Below are positions 10,462 to 20,786 of a stretch of DNA of 64,000 nt, piece by piece (the first letter of the stretch is position 1; the number at the start of each line of letters is the position of its first letter). The notes below the pieces were generated by a model that ran no database searches, had not been told where the DNA came from, and saw only the letters and a program-made list of their open reading frames with translations. The stretch is from an uncultured Chlamydiales bacterium (GTDB taxonomy: Bacteria > Chlamydiota > Chlamydiia > Chlamydiales > JAAKFR01), in contig OY969414.1 in assembly GCA_963699155.1 (NCBI GenBank), positions 1,355,757-1,419,756 on the forward strand. Reading direction: 5' to 3'. Made by a program: the position numbers and the translations under genes.

Positions 10462-13400
10462 CTATTTTTGGATGAGCTGGTTTGGGTCGATTTGGAGGCG
10501 GAGCTGTGGTTTGTCAAACCACTCGGCAGTGATGGTGCCGGCTTCGATTTTTTGAAGGGGTTTGGTGACTTTGAAGAGTTTTGGGGGATCGTCGTGAAAA
10601 AATTTGACGATCCAGAGGGAGTAGTTCTCTTTGGCTTGGTTCATGCGGGCGGCTTCATCTTCGGAGAGGGAGACGGTGGAGAGGAATTGGCTATCGGGTT
10701 CTTTAGATTTAGCATCGAGATATTTGGTTTTTACGAGGGTGTCGCCTTTGAAGTAATCGATTTGGAAGTCGTAATTGGCAAAAGATTCGGTAGGGAAATT
10801 GACCCAGCGGACTACTTTGCGGTCCCAGGGGGATGTATCGGGATAGCGCTTGGTCGCTGTTCCCTCTCCACTTTCTTGGTATTTCCGAACATAATAATTA
10901 AAAACTGCCTCCTCAGCTAAGCGAGAATAGTTAACTACAGATATTGGACGGGGTTTGTGATCGAAGCTTTCTGCTGCAAATTTTTTGTGGGGGCTGGCAC
11001 TACTCAAGGAGAAGGAGCCCTGGCGCTTTAGGGAAGAGGAGGTGGCTCTGATAGGTGAGGGTGGATTGGTGGGTTTGATTGGGGAGATGTTTGGGGTGGA
11101 TGGTAAGGGAGCAGGTGCAGGAGCCGCCATAGGGATTTTGAGCTGCTCTTCGACCTGTTGTGCCAGCACTTGCGCTGAGGAGTAGGTCTCTGTTTCGCCT
11201 TTGTAGCTGAAGTCGTCGGCGATCTGCTGATCTGCGGAGCTGAGGAGATGGGCCAGCTCGGCAGTGTGGCAGGGAAGTTGGAGAAGTTGGCAGAGAAGAT
11301 GGGCTGTCTGTCCGATGGTGCGCGAATTCTGAAAATTCTCTCGTCCATAAAGAACATCTCCCAACTGCCAAGCAAAGACAGCTTCTCTGAAAAGATGGCC
11401 TCTGAGTTCAGTGCGCAAGTTGATTTCAGAAGCTGTGACGAAGTGAAGTTGTTCTACCTTCCGTGCGCAAGCAACAAGCGCATCTAAGGGGGCCTGTGAG
11501 GCTGTGAAGGCAAAGGGCAGACGGCGGATCACCAACTCTTTAAAAGCAGGTTCTGGTCTCGCTTCGACCTCTTCGAGCATCAAGGAGGAGGGGAGTAGGG
11601 GCTCGATTCTAAAGATGCGGCAGAGGGCAAGGTGCTCATCGACACTAAATCCAGGGAGCCTTTTCAGCAAACAGGAGGCTTTGCCTTTGAAGGTGAGGCC
11701 TTCGATGCCGTTGCCAAAGAGCTCTTTGGGTTTTTTGAAGCTGCCCTCTTCGGTGAGGAGTTGGAGATCTTCAGGAGGCTCTACAGTGGCATCTGAGCTA
11801 AGTATGTGGTGGTAGATGGCAGCCACCCTATTCTCGTTATCGCCATTGATTGGCTGATCTTGGAGGGATCGGAGCAAGCGGAAACAATCTTCCAAAGAGA
11901 TCTGCATTCTGAAAGGAAAATAACTGAGCTGCTCTTCATTGAGAGGGAGATCTTCACTGACAGCGGGAAAAAGGGGAGAGACAAGCCATCTCAGACTTGG
12001 TGCATAGATATTGGGTGCACTCCATCTACTGCCTGATTCATCGGAAAAACCCTCTTGAGAATAAAAGTGGAGCATGGAGGGAATGCCCTGGTCGCGGAAA
12101 GAGCAGATCGTTTTGTACAATGAGCTGCTCTCACAGCGCTGTTTGATCGCTTCCCAGTGCTCCTTGACGATTTGCCAAAAAAGAGCACTTCCTTTGATCA
12201 GAAAGAAGTACTCGATCCAGATCACAGGGGAGAGCGTGTGTTGTGAGCGGTAACCATTTGTAGGGGCACATCCAACTGTCGAGAAAGGCACGGTATGCTG
12301 TCCTTTTGTTCCCAAGCAGGAGTTGGAGGGGGGATAATCTGTTTTTTGCCAGAGATATTCGATGTAATTGAAGTAAGGGTTACTCGCAGCGTGGGCTTGC
12401 CAACCTGTCTCTTGCAGCTCTTTTCTCAATTTGTCTTCAAAGTCGGTGACGCGCATGGAGTCGAAGAAGTGGATTTCTAGTTTTTCTCGGACGCCCAGAG
12501 CGAGGAAGAATTTTTTCCAACTGCTGAAAGTGGTTGGATCCTCCATATATTCTTCAGATAGAAAAGAGAGATGGTTTCGAGCTTGCACTGAGGCGGAAAA
12601 AAGATCCATCTGCGGCTGATAGGCTGTGGGCAAGAAGCATTCAGAGGGCCGCTTAAATTCTCCTCGATTTGTTTTGAAGAGAGGTTGATTATGCAGGATC
12701 TCCACGCATGCCTGAAAGGCTGTTTCCTGCCCCTCCACCAAGAAAAGCTGGTGGTAGAGCAGGCGCATAAGGAGGATTTTCTGTTTATCTGTTTCTAGGC
12801 TTTTGATGATACGGAGGATATTGTCATCCGTCACACGCTCATTCACCTCTAAAGCAAGAAAAAAGCTGCGTAAAAGGGGACGTTCTCCCTCAGGACATTC
12901 TTTATAGAGATTTTCAGAGAGAAAGAAGGGATAGCGAGGAGTTACCTCTCCTTGCAGAGCATGGAGAGGCTGGAGAGCGTCAGGGAGATAACATTCATGG
13001 GGAGCAGCAAACTGTCTCTCCTCTTTTTTCAGTTGGACGGGCAAGCGGAGCGATTTAAACTCTGGAGGAATCTGAGAAGCCGGAAAGTTGCGGTAAAGTA
13101 CCCGTAATACACGGAAGACCAACTCCTCTGACTTCGCCCTATTTACCTCTTCGACATAGATTGCTAAGGTCGCGCTTCTGACAAATAGGTCGGTTGTTAA
13201 CCATTTGCGCTCTTCTTCAGTGAGTTCTGCGCGCACTTGAGGATGGATGAGAGCAATTCTGACAAAGTCTAGCCCTTCTAAGTGGCTTTCATGAGGGAAA
13301 AAGATCGCTGTTGGCGTAAAAAGAAGCTCTTTTGATTCACTGGAAAAATGGGAGAGAAGAAAGGGAACTTCTTTGATCTCCTTTTGGAACTGCTTCCTCT

Positions 13401-15171
13401 CATAAAGAGCTTTAAAGTAGCGGATCAGAGCTAAACCCTGTTGCGGGTTTGCTGCGACCCATTTCACAAAGTCTCTATTCTTAATACGGGCCACAATTTT
13501 ATCCCAGGAGTAGCGAGAAACGCCGAATCGTTCTAATAATGCAAAAACTGCATTGGGACAGCTTCTGAGCACCGATTTTTTTTCAGTAACGCTTCCAAAC
13601 CGACTCACAAAGCTCCATTCATCGATCACCGCCTCGTGAGGCTTAAGAACTCCTTTGAGCTGAGCAGGGAGAAAAGCCAGGCTTGCCATAGCCCTTTCGG
13701 CTCCCTTTACGAAATGGGATCTATATTTTTCGACATTGGTATCAAAAGTGAGCTGCTGAGGGTGAGCCAGAATTGTGAAAAAATGGTCGGGATAGCGCTT
13801 GGCAATGTAGGCATAGAAATGAAATAAGGTTTCCCCAATGCATTCAAAGAGATATTCATTGAAGGGATTATCTTGCTGCAGCGATTTGCGGCTGATATCT
13901 AGAAAAAAATGGCCATTGAGAGGTACAGGGAGCCCTAAAGAGACCTCTGTCGGCAGGTAACAATAGATGCGCTCTCTTTTTGCAACCCCATTGTGATCGA
14001 GTGGGTGAATAAAAGCGATCGGGGTCGTTTTCATCTCCTTGTAGCGGGCAGGAATGCGACTCTCCTGTTTTAAACTTGCTTGAATTTCGGCAGTCAAAGT
14101 GAGAGTTCGCTTATAGCGCAGCCAGCGCCCTATCACCTCTCCATTTTTGGAAAGAGCGTAGCTTTCCGTCTCCACTTCGGGATCGCTCTCTTCTGATGGG
14201 GGATCGTCGGAGGAAGCCCCCACATAGATAGGTGCTTTTTCATAGCAGACCTTTGAGGGAGTCTGTGAAACCACTTCGAAAGTAAGTCTCTTCAACCGAT
14301 GGAGGAAGAAGAAGACCTCTGGCGCTTTCTGGCTGTAGAAGTCATTCAAATGGAGAGCGATTCGGTTCCCGGGTCGGTTGAGGGGGATCACAAAGTTCAC
14401 CCTTTCAGGATCTAAGCGATATTTCTCGATCAATGGCCCTGGAGGTGTATAAAGAGGGCAAAGTTCCCAGGGAAAGTCAGCTTTCCCATTCCACTCCTCT
14501 GCATGTTTGTCAAAACGGAAGGAGTATCGGGAGAGAATCATCACAGCATCAGAGTGATTAAAGACACTTTTGAAGCCAACCCCTTTGTAGCCTATACAGA
14601 GGGCATCAGCCCTTTTGGCGCTATCTTTGCGTTGGCTGGTGCTGATCGTTTTGATATCTTCTTCGTCAAAATGCCTACCTGAATGGGAAATCACGAGGGC
14701 ATCTTCATGCAAGACAAAAGAGACATCGACCTCCCTTTGATCACCTGAAGCCGCATCGCACGCGTTCTGAATGAATTCATAAATAAACTGGGGACCATTC
14801 TGGGCTTGGACAATTTCATCCAGAGAAGAGCTCGACGTCTCGAGCTCCTTCATTTTCTTTGCAGATAGCTCTTCGATAAACTGCCGCTGGGGATCAGATA
14901 AAGCGAGTTGAAACTCACCCATCCTCTCCTCGCTACAGTTACAGATAGCATGAGGGATAAATTGAGAAATTTGGCTGTAAGACCAGTCGTCAGGGATTCC
15001 CTGAATTTTTTCTCGAGCGACAGTATAGTGATTTTCACCCCGTTTCAGTGAGGCATAGAGCCGCCCACTCTCCGCATCAAAGTGAAAGAGCACCGAGAAA
15101 CCCGTTTGGCTGCCAGCAAAACGTATCTCTTTGGGCTGAAACCCTACTTGAGAAAGGGGAGAGAGAGCCAT
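10462..15171 (-). CDS. Sacsin/NO VEIN-like protein: GHKL ATPase N-terminus, DUF3883 (NOV-C)-like C-terminus
   Basis: EFIQNACDA, IGYKGVGFKSVF, LNGHFFLDISR; C-terminal AEEAVFNYY..RWVN..ES..NYDFQI..YLDAKS..LSEDE. Confidence 0.8.
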   Translation of the reverse strand: MALSPLSQVGFQPKEIRFAGSQTGFSVLFHFDAESGRLYASLKRGENHYTVAREKIQGIPDDWSYSQISQFIPHAICNCSEERMGEFQLALSDPQRQFIEELSAKKMKELETSSSSLDEIVQAQNGPQFIYEFIQNACDAASGDQREVDVSFVLHEDALVISHSGRHFDEEDIKTISTSQRKDSAKRADALCIGYKGVGFKSVFNHSDAVMILSRYSFRFDKHAEEWNGKADFPWELCPLYTPPGPLIEKYRLDPERVNFVIPLNRPGNRIALHLNDFYSQKAPEVFFFLHRLKRLTFEVVSQTPSKVCYEKAPIYVGASSDDPPSEESDPEVETESYALSKNGEVIGRWLRYKRTLTLTAEIQASLKQESRIPARYKEMKTTPIAFIHPLDHNGVAKRERIYCYLPTEVSLGLPVPLNGHFFLDISRKSLQQDNPFNEYLFECIGETLFHFYAYIAKRYPDHFFTILAHPQQLTFDTNVEKYRSHFVKGAERAMASLAFLPAQLKGVLKPHEAVIDEWSFVSRFGSVTEKKSVLRSCPNAVFALLERFGVSRYSWDKIVARIKNRDFVKWVAANPQQGLALIRYFKALYERKQFQKEIKEVPFLLSHFSSESKELLFTPTAIFFPHESHLEGLDFVRIALIHPQVRAELTEEERKWLTTDLFVRSATLAIYVEEVNRAKSEELVFRVLRVLYRNFPASQIPPEFKSLRLPVQLKKEERQFAAPHECYLPDALQPLHALQGEVTPRYPFFLSENLYKECPEGERPLLRSFFLALEVNERVTDDNILRIIKSLETDKQKILLMRLLYHQLFLVEGQETAFQACVEILHNQPLFKTNRGEFKRPSECFLPTAYQPQMDLFSASVQARNHLSFLSEEYMEDPTTFSSWKKFFLALGVREKLEIHFFDSMRVTDFEDKLRKELQETGWQAHAASNPYFNYIEYLWQKTDYPPSNSCLGTKGQHTVPFSTVGCAPTNGYRSQHTLSPVIWIEYFFLIKGSALFWQIVKEHWEAIKQRCESSSLYKTICSFRDQGIPSMLHFYSQEGFSDESGSRWSAPNIYAPSLRWLVSPLFPAVSEDLPLNEEQLSYFPFRMQISLEDCFRLLRSLQDQPINGDNENRVAAIYHHILSSDATVEPPEDLQLLTEEGSFKKPKELFGNGIEGLTFKGKASCLLKRLPGFSVDEHLALCRIFRIEPLLPSSLMLEEVEARPEPAFKELVIRRLPFAFTASQAPLDALVACARKVEQLHFVTASEINLRTELRGHLFREAVFAWQLGDVLYGRENFQNSRTIGQTAHLLCQLLQLPCHTAELAHLLSSADQQIADDFSYKGETETYSSAQVLAQQVEEQLKIPMAAPAPAPLPSTPNISPIKPTNPPSPIRATSSSLKRQGSFSLSSASPHKKFAAESFDHKPRPISVVNYSRLAEEAVFNYYVRKYQESGEGTATKRYPDTSPWDRKVVRWVNFPTESFANYDFQIDYFKGDTLVKTKYLDAKSKEPDSQFLSTVSLSEDEAARMNQAKENYSLWIVKFFHDDPPKLFKVTKPLQKIEAGTITAEWFDKPQLRLQIDPNQLIQK

Positions 15172-15313
15172 AAGCTTAAAAAATTATCACTGTCGAAAAA
15201 TTAGTTCAAGCTCATCTCCATTTGATAGCATCAAAGCTCTCAAAATGAGAAAAATGAATGCATTAAAGCTTTCAAATTTGCATTTTTTATGGCTTTTTTG
15301 CTATCATAAATTT

Positions 15314-15781
15314 ATGAAACAATTACCCATCGAGGATAGTATCATTCAAAGTCTCCTTGAAAAGGGAGTCGCCCTCAGTAAAGAGCAGGAGGCCCTCTCT
15401 TCTGGATCGGTTATTCAGCTGATGAGAAGGTATTTAGGGATGACACAAAGGCAGTTGGCCAAGCGAGCTCAAATTCCTCAATCTACCGTAGCAAGGATTG
15501 AAAAAGGAGTTACTCAACCAAATGTGACATCCTTGCGAAAGATTTTTGCTGCTATGGAGTGTGATATCGCCATTTTACCTCTCCCTCGATTTAAAAATGT
15601 GCATGAATTACTAAAAAAACGGGCAGAAAGGATCGCAAAAAAACGAATCAAGTATCTTGAGGGGACTATGGCTCTTGAAGAACAAAAACCTGAAAAAAAA
15701 TGGAGAGAACAATTGTTAAAAAGCGAAATCGAACAATTGCTCAAAACTCCATCAATTTTGTGGGAAGATGAAGGCAACTGA
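15314..15781 (+). CDS. Mobile mystery protein A-like XRE HTH protein
   Basis: GMTQRQLAKRAQIPQSTVARIEKG HTH; TMALEEQ and terminal LWED; overlaps following Fic gene. Confidence 0.85.
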   Translation: MKQLPIEDSIIQSLLEKGVALSKEQEALSSGSVIQLMRRYLGMTQRQLAKRAQIPQSTVARIEKGVTQPNVTSLRKIFAAMECDIAILPLPRFKNVHELLKKRAERIAKKRIKYLEGTMALEEQKPEKKWREQLLKSEIEQLLKTPSILWEDEGN

Positions 15782-16364
15782 TTTATCAAGCCCCGTAGAA
15801 GGCGCGACTCCTCTAGATGACATCTCTGGTTTAAAGCTTTCTTGGGTTAACACCCAACGGCAATTAGACGGAGTTGAGGCAGAGAATATTCGTTTAGCTC
15901 AGAATCTTTATCTAGGAAAAAAGAGATCTCCCATGCCTCAATGGTTTACCAAAAAACACATTGATTTGATTCATAAAGCGATGTTTGGAAAAGTCTGGAG
16001 TTGGGCCGGCAAGTACCGCAAAACAGAAAAAAGTGTGGGTGTCCAGGCTTATAAAATTCCCTTCGAAATGGCCATGCTAGAGAATGATATCCGATTCTGG
16101 TGTGAAGGGTCTTTTACTCCCATAGAGATCTCAGCAAGGGTGCACCATCGATTAGTTTGGATTCATCCCTATGAAAATGGAAACGGACGCCACGCTAGGT
16201 TCATAGGTGATATGGTTCTCAAATCTTTGGACGAAAGAATAGTTCTTTGGCCTTCGCTAAATGATCATGGTCAGGAACGCCAACTCTACATTCAGGCTTT
16301 GAAAGAGGCAGATCATGGCGATTTTGCACCTCTCATTTTGCTCCTTAGTAACCACCAGCGCTAA
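15768..16364 (+). CDS. Mobile mystery protein B (Fic family)
   Basis: GATPLDD..GL, EAENI, VWSWAGKYR, Fic motif IHPYENGNGRHAR. Confidence 0.9.
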   Translation: MKATDLSSPVEGATPLDDISGLKLSWVNTQRQLDGVEAENIRLAQNLYLGKKRSPMPQWFTKKHIDLIHKAMFGKVWSWAGKYRKTEKSVGVQAYKIPFEMAMLENDIRFWCEGSFTPIEISARVHHRLVWIHPYENGNGRHARFIGDMVLKSLDERIVLWPSLNDHGQERQLYIQALKEADHGDFAPLILLLSNHQR

Positions 16365-16712
16365 AAAAAAGCCATAACTCCTTGAGAAGCAGGATAAAGT
16401 CACAAAACAGACTAGTCTTATCTGAGAAAACGGGTGATATCAGCCAGCAATGTGGCGCTGCCATTTGCTGTCGCCTGGATGTGTAAAAAACCGTTGTGGC
16501 CAAATTGAGGAGCAGCCATCTCGCTGGTTTTATCAAGCGTGTAATCTGATTGAGTTTGATAGGCATTTTCAAAATGGTCGATCAATCTAATGGTTTGATC
16601 GCCTGCTCCAATGATCCACCCCATCGCCGCGCACTTCCCGTAGCGATAGTATCTTGAACAAATGAGCTTTAGCATATTTTGTCAAATAGCGTGTCGCTGT
16701 TGCTGCCCCCAG

Positions 16713-17265
16713 AGGCTGTGAAAAAATCGATCAATTAGGCCCGTCGCTGAGACCCTCGGTTGGCACCTCGGTCTCAGGCGCGGGTGGGGGCGCCGAAGGT
16801 CGCTCGCGGCCCTCAATGGGCCGCTGCCACTCTCAACGGCGCCAATTGCTGAGCCTCTGATATCTTCACAGGTAAAAGCTTTCCTGGAGCTATTATGGAG
16901 CCCCAACAACCCTATTCAGGAATCTTCTCTTCATGTGCAAAGCCTCATCTGAGAAGCCCCAGAAGGACTCAGATAGAAATAAGATGATCAGCATTAGATG
17001 ATCTTCTGCCGAGTGACCACAAAGCACGTTTTGTTTGGGGTTTTGTAGGACAACTCATATCTTGGCACTGTTTTAGGTAACATAAAGTCAGCAGAAGGCA
17101 AAGCAGGTCATCTAAGGAGTGGCTCGGCAATTGGCGCCGTTGGGAGTGGCAGCGGCCCATTGAGGGCCGCGAGCGACCTTCGGCGCCTTTCCCCCGCGCC
17201 TGTGACCGAGGTGCCAACCGAGTGTCGCAGCGGCGGGCCTAATTGATCGATTTTTTTCACAGTCT
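16713..17265. mobile_element. Internally deleted IS1182-like element (MITE-like) with ~140-bp terminal inverted repeats
   Basis: Ends AGGCTGTGAAAAAATCGATCAATTAGGCCCG / CGGGCCTAATTGATCGATTTTTTTCACAGTCT; CCCAG direct repeat at 16708-16712 and 17266-17270; transposase remnant inside. Confidence 0.8.
16895..17113 (+). pseudogene. IS1182-family transposase 5' fragment
   Basis: Reads ..KPHLRSPRRTQIEIR*SALDDLLPSDHKARFVWGFVGQL then, shifted, NIKSAEGKAGH, like the LDDLLPxDHxAR N-terminus of IS1182 transposases. Confidence 0.75.
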
Positions 17266-17372
17266 CCCAGCGCACTAATACCAGCTGATATAGCCATAAA
17301 TTCTCACCTTGGTTTGCGATTGAATATTAATGCAAAAATTTTAATTATCTCATCTTTAAAGACAAGATCATT

Positions 17373-18727
17373 TTAAAAAAAGTTGCCGTGGAGGCCTGGA
17401 GGGATGGTTTGGGGGACTGCGGCGCGGGCGATGGGGGAAAAGGTTTGCGCATCGAGAATCAGGAGGGAGGAGGGGTGGCCGTGGAGCACTGCCAAAAGGA
17501 GGCCTTCGTTTTCTGAGGTGGAGTTGGGGGAGGAGACGAAGATGGGCTCTCCTGGGTGGCTTCCAGGCTCAGACCAGCATTTTTTTTCGCGGGTTTGAGT
17601 ATCTAATTGATAGAGCGTGCTGCCTTCGAGATCGGTCAGATAGAGGTAGCGATAGGGGCGGCCATCGAAGGCGCTGTTGATGCGAGGAAATTCGACAGAG
17701 GCTTGAAGGAGCGTTTGAGAGGAGATGGTCTCGTTTTCAAGTGTGAACCGTTCAACCTGCGTCTGTGGCTCCTTTTGGGGGGTGGCTTGGCGGCCATAGG
17801 TGGCAAGGTCAAAGACAATGGAAGGGTCGTCATAACGGACGAGATCGATCACTATCTGCCATTTTCTTCGTAGCCATTGGCATGGTGGAAGGCAAAGAAG
17901 GGCTTTGTGGTAGGTGCAGAAACAACTTTTCCTGATTTACGGTCGATCACCAGAAAGCGGGTACCGCGCTCCGGCTTCCACTGGAAATTATGGATAAAGG
18001 CTCTCCCCTTGACGAGAAGATCGAGGGGTTTGACCACAAGGGGAAATTCCACCAGAATGACAAAATTTTCTGTGAGGGCGAAGCTGTGCATGTATGCCGG
18101 CTCTTCAACAGGAATTTTTGCGAAGAGGTGCTGTTCCGCTTTTTGTCCAACTGTATAAATGTTGTAGCTGCTTTTGTGGCCATAATCGATCAGGTAGTTG
18201 ATGGCCATGTTCCCCTCAACATGGGGGTGGGCCGATTCCCAACAGTTGCCATGGGGAAGCTGATCTTGAAAATCGACCACTCCCAATGTCTCTAGAGTTT
18301 TCGGGTCAAAGCGGACTGACAGGGGGATTTCAGTAAGCGCCACATAGTGTTCCGCCAACTTCGCGACGTTGACATTGGCATTTGGCAGAGAATGTTTTCT
18401 TGGAAAAAAGTGGGTGAAGAAACGTTTGAAGAGCGAACGGCACGGGTCAGAAGCGAAGCCATTGTAATCCATCTTCCCCCGCTCAAAAACTTCCCTATAG
18501 GCATCTGTCCGCAAAAAACGATTGCTATAGCTCACCCTACCGCGATCAAACGAAAAGGCATGAAGCATCGCCAGCCCATCGAACCAATGCGTAGGTCTTT
18601 GGCCATTCAACTCAAAGTCAACTGGCCCATTTCGAATCAAAGTCCCATGCAGCCACTCAGGCACCCTCCCCTCAACTTTGAGAGGCACTCCATTCAGCTC
18701 TTTGGTGACATCAGGAACAAGTTTCAT
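17373..18727 (-). pseudogene. Carotenoid oxygenase (RPE65/CCD family) split by a 1-nt frameshift near 17856
   Basis: GTLIRNGP, HWFDGLAMLH, SAHPH, YMHSF, AFHHANGYE | IDLVRY, EPIFV, GLHGNF. Confidence 0.88.
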
Positions 18728-19425
18728 CAGCTCAGACGATACTTGACAGTGACATTTTTGTCCTTCGCGTTGATGGAGAGGTCAAAGGCTTCGACAGAGC
18801 CAATTTCGATAAGATGGTTGACGTGAGTGCCTCCACAGGCCATGACAAACCTGTCCCATTGAATGCCTCTCAAGCCGGAGGAAAGTTCAGTGATTTGAAT
18901 AGCACAATCGTGCGCAATCCATCTGTTTAGTTCAGGCTGAATGGTTTTGAGGAATTCTTCTTTGCAGGCTTCGAGGTCGCCGACGAACTTGAAGCGGACA
19001 TAGCCATTTTCGGGATCATGGTTTCCTTGGAATGGCTCTAACCCTGAGAAAGCCATATGAACCACTTCTGCAAGCAGATGTCCTGCGGTGTGCATCCGCG
19101 AATAAAGGGATCGAACTTGGGGATTAACTTCGAGATTCACTCGATCGCCTACTCTGAAAGGAAGCAATTGTTTTTCTTCAAAGCAGTGGAGAATTGAAAA
19201 CTGGTCGAGCCGATTTTTGTCCAGAATCTCTTTATGTATATAGCTGACATCGATTCCATTAATTTTGCCCTGATCAGATAATTGTCCACCACCTTTTGGA
19301 TGAAATATGGTTTCATCGACTTGAATCCATTGGTAGTTTTTCTTGTTGATTTCGCTCGCCCCGATTTTTGTGACGACCGCTTTGTGATTTAACGGTGGTT
19401 GAGGTTCCATATAAAGCGCTTTCAT
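18727..19425 (-). CDS. Free-standing alanyl-tRNA editing protein (AlaX-like)
   Basis: TIFHPKGGGQLSDQG, RMHTAGHLL (HxxxH), ACGGTHV (CxxxH). Confidence 0.85.
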   Translation of the reverse strand: MKALYMEPQPPLNHKAVVTKIGASEINKKNYQWIQVDETIFHPKGGGQLSDQGKINGIDVSYIHKEILDKNRLDQFSILHCFEEKQLLPFRVGDRVNLEVNPQVRSLYSRMHTAGHLLAEVVHMAFSGLEPFQGNHDPENGYVRFKFVGDLEACKEEFLKTIQPELNRWIAHDCAIQITELSSGLRGIQWDRFVMACGGTHVNHLIEIGSVEAFDLSINAKDKNVTVKYRLS

Positions 19426-19433
19426 GACTTCTC

Positions 19434-20063
19434 CTAGCTGAAGATAAGTTTTAAACTGAGAATCATGAGGAGAGCCCCCATGATCCGGTCAATAGAGGTG
19501 CGGAATTTGCCGATCCGGTCCATCAATAGTTTCCCTGTCAATAAATAGGCGAGGAAGAGAAACCAAATCAAAGAAAGTGACCAGTTGATGATGGCATAGC
19601 CGAACTTTATGGCTGTTGTGGTGTCAGGGGTAATAAACTGTGAGAAGAGGCTGACAAAAAAGAGAGCACACTTTGGATTCAACAGATTGGTGAGAAAACC
19701 CTGTTTAAATGCTGTGGAGGTGGTGAGGAGGGTGGAATTACCTGCATAACAGAGTTCGAGGTTTGCCTGCTTTTTAAAAGAAGAGATGAACCCCTTGGCA
19801 CCGATATAAAAAAGATAACCAGCTCCTGCATATTTGAGTAGGTGATAAACAAAGGATCCCTCCTGAATGAGTAAAGCAATTCCGAGAAAGGTATAGGTCA
19901 AATGAATCACAAGGGCAGTCGCGATGCCGATAGCAGTCAAAAACCCAGCCTTTCTAGAATGGGATAGGCTATTCTTGACGACGATAAAAAAATCTGGTCC
20001 TGGACTGATAGCAGCCAAGAGTGAGACAAGCGCCACGGCTGTAAAATTCGACACCATATCCAT
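19434..20063 (-). CDS. LysE/RhtB family amino-acid exporter
   Basis: SPGPDF, GAGYLFYIG, GFLTNLLNPK. Confidence 0.92.
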   Translation of the reverse strand: MDMVSNFTAVALVSLLAAISPGPDFFIVVKNSLSHSRKAGFLTAIGIATALVIHLTYTFLGIALLIQEGSFVYHLLKYAGAGYLFYIGAKGFISSFKKQANLELCYAGNSTLLTTSTAFKQGFLTNLLNPKCALFFVSLFSQFITPDTTTAIKFGYAIINWSLSLIWFLFLAYLLTGKLLMDRIGKFRTSIDRIMGALLMILSLKLIFS

Positions 20064-20708
20064 CTATTTGCTCCCTTTCTCTAAGTAATTGTAGATCGAT
20101 TGTCTGGTCAATTGGAGGGCTTTTGCGATTGAAGAGATGGCCCCCTTTTTTTTGAAAAAGCCATTTCGGTAAAGATGCTTCACTAAAGCTTGCTTATCTT
20201 TGTAGGTCAGCTGGGCTGCATAGAGTCCTTGTTGAACGATCCAGCCATCGATCTCGCGTTTGATCTCATCATCATGTGGCAGGGTGGCCCCAAAATCATT
20301 GATGCCGATGACTGAATCGATATTGGAGTGGACGAAGAATTGCAGAAACTTTTGAAAATGTTCAAATTGTGAGATATCGAAATGCAGACAGCAAGCGCCA
20401 ATAATTTTACCCTCTTCATCTCGAACAGCTACAGAGCTCGATTTGAGGTTTTGTCCACGGAAATTACAGCTGGTGTAGTTAACTAGCTCATCGGGAAGCG
20501 ACTCTTCATCCAATAGGCGACGCATGTTGATCTCACTTGCAGATCCTCCTACAGAACGTCCTGAAATCTGTCCGTTGACAATATGGATGATGGCTCGATC
20601 CAGATCGGCAAAGTCGTGAATCACGATTTCCAGGACACCCGGAAACATCTCGCCTAAGACGTTGGCAATCTGGATATATCTCTCAAAAATAGCTCTATTG
20701 TCTCTCAT
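20064..20708 (-). CDS. YheO-like PAS/HTH transcriptional regulator
   Basis: EIVIHD, NGQISGRSVG, LKSSS, C-terminal LYRNGFFKKKGAISSIAKALQLTRQSIYNYL. Confidence 0.88.
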   Translation of the reverse strand: MRDNRAIFERYIQIANVLGEMFPGVLEIVIHDFADLDRAIIHIVNGQISGRSVGGSASEINMRRLLDEESLPDELVNYTSCNFRGQNLKSSSVAVRDEEGKIIGACCLHFDISQFEHFQKFLQFFVHSNIDSVIGINDFGATLPHDDEIKREIDGWIVQQGLYAAQLTYKDKQALVKHLYRNGFFKKKGAISSIAKALQLTRQSIYNYLEKGSK

Positions 20709-20721
20709 AGAATTAACATTT

Positions 20722-20757
20722 TGTCAAAACTTTGACATTTTGTCAACGTTTTTGACA
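20722..20757. promoter_or_regulatory. Tandem palindromic operator candidates in a divergent promoter
   Basis: TGTCAA-AACT-TTGACA (20722-20737) and TGTCAA-CGTTT-TTGACA (20741-20757). Confidence 0.65.
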
Positions 20758-20786
20758 AAAAGAAGAACTCGCTTATAAAGCGAAAT

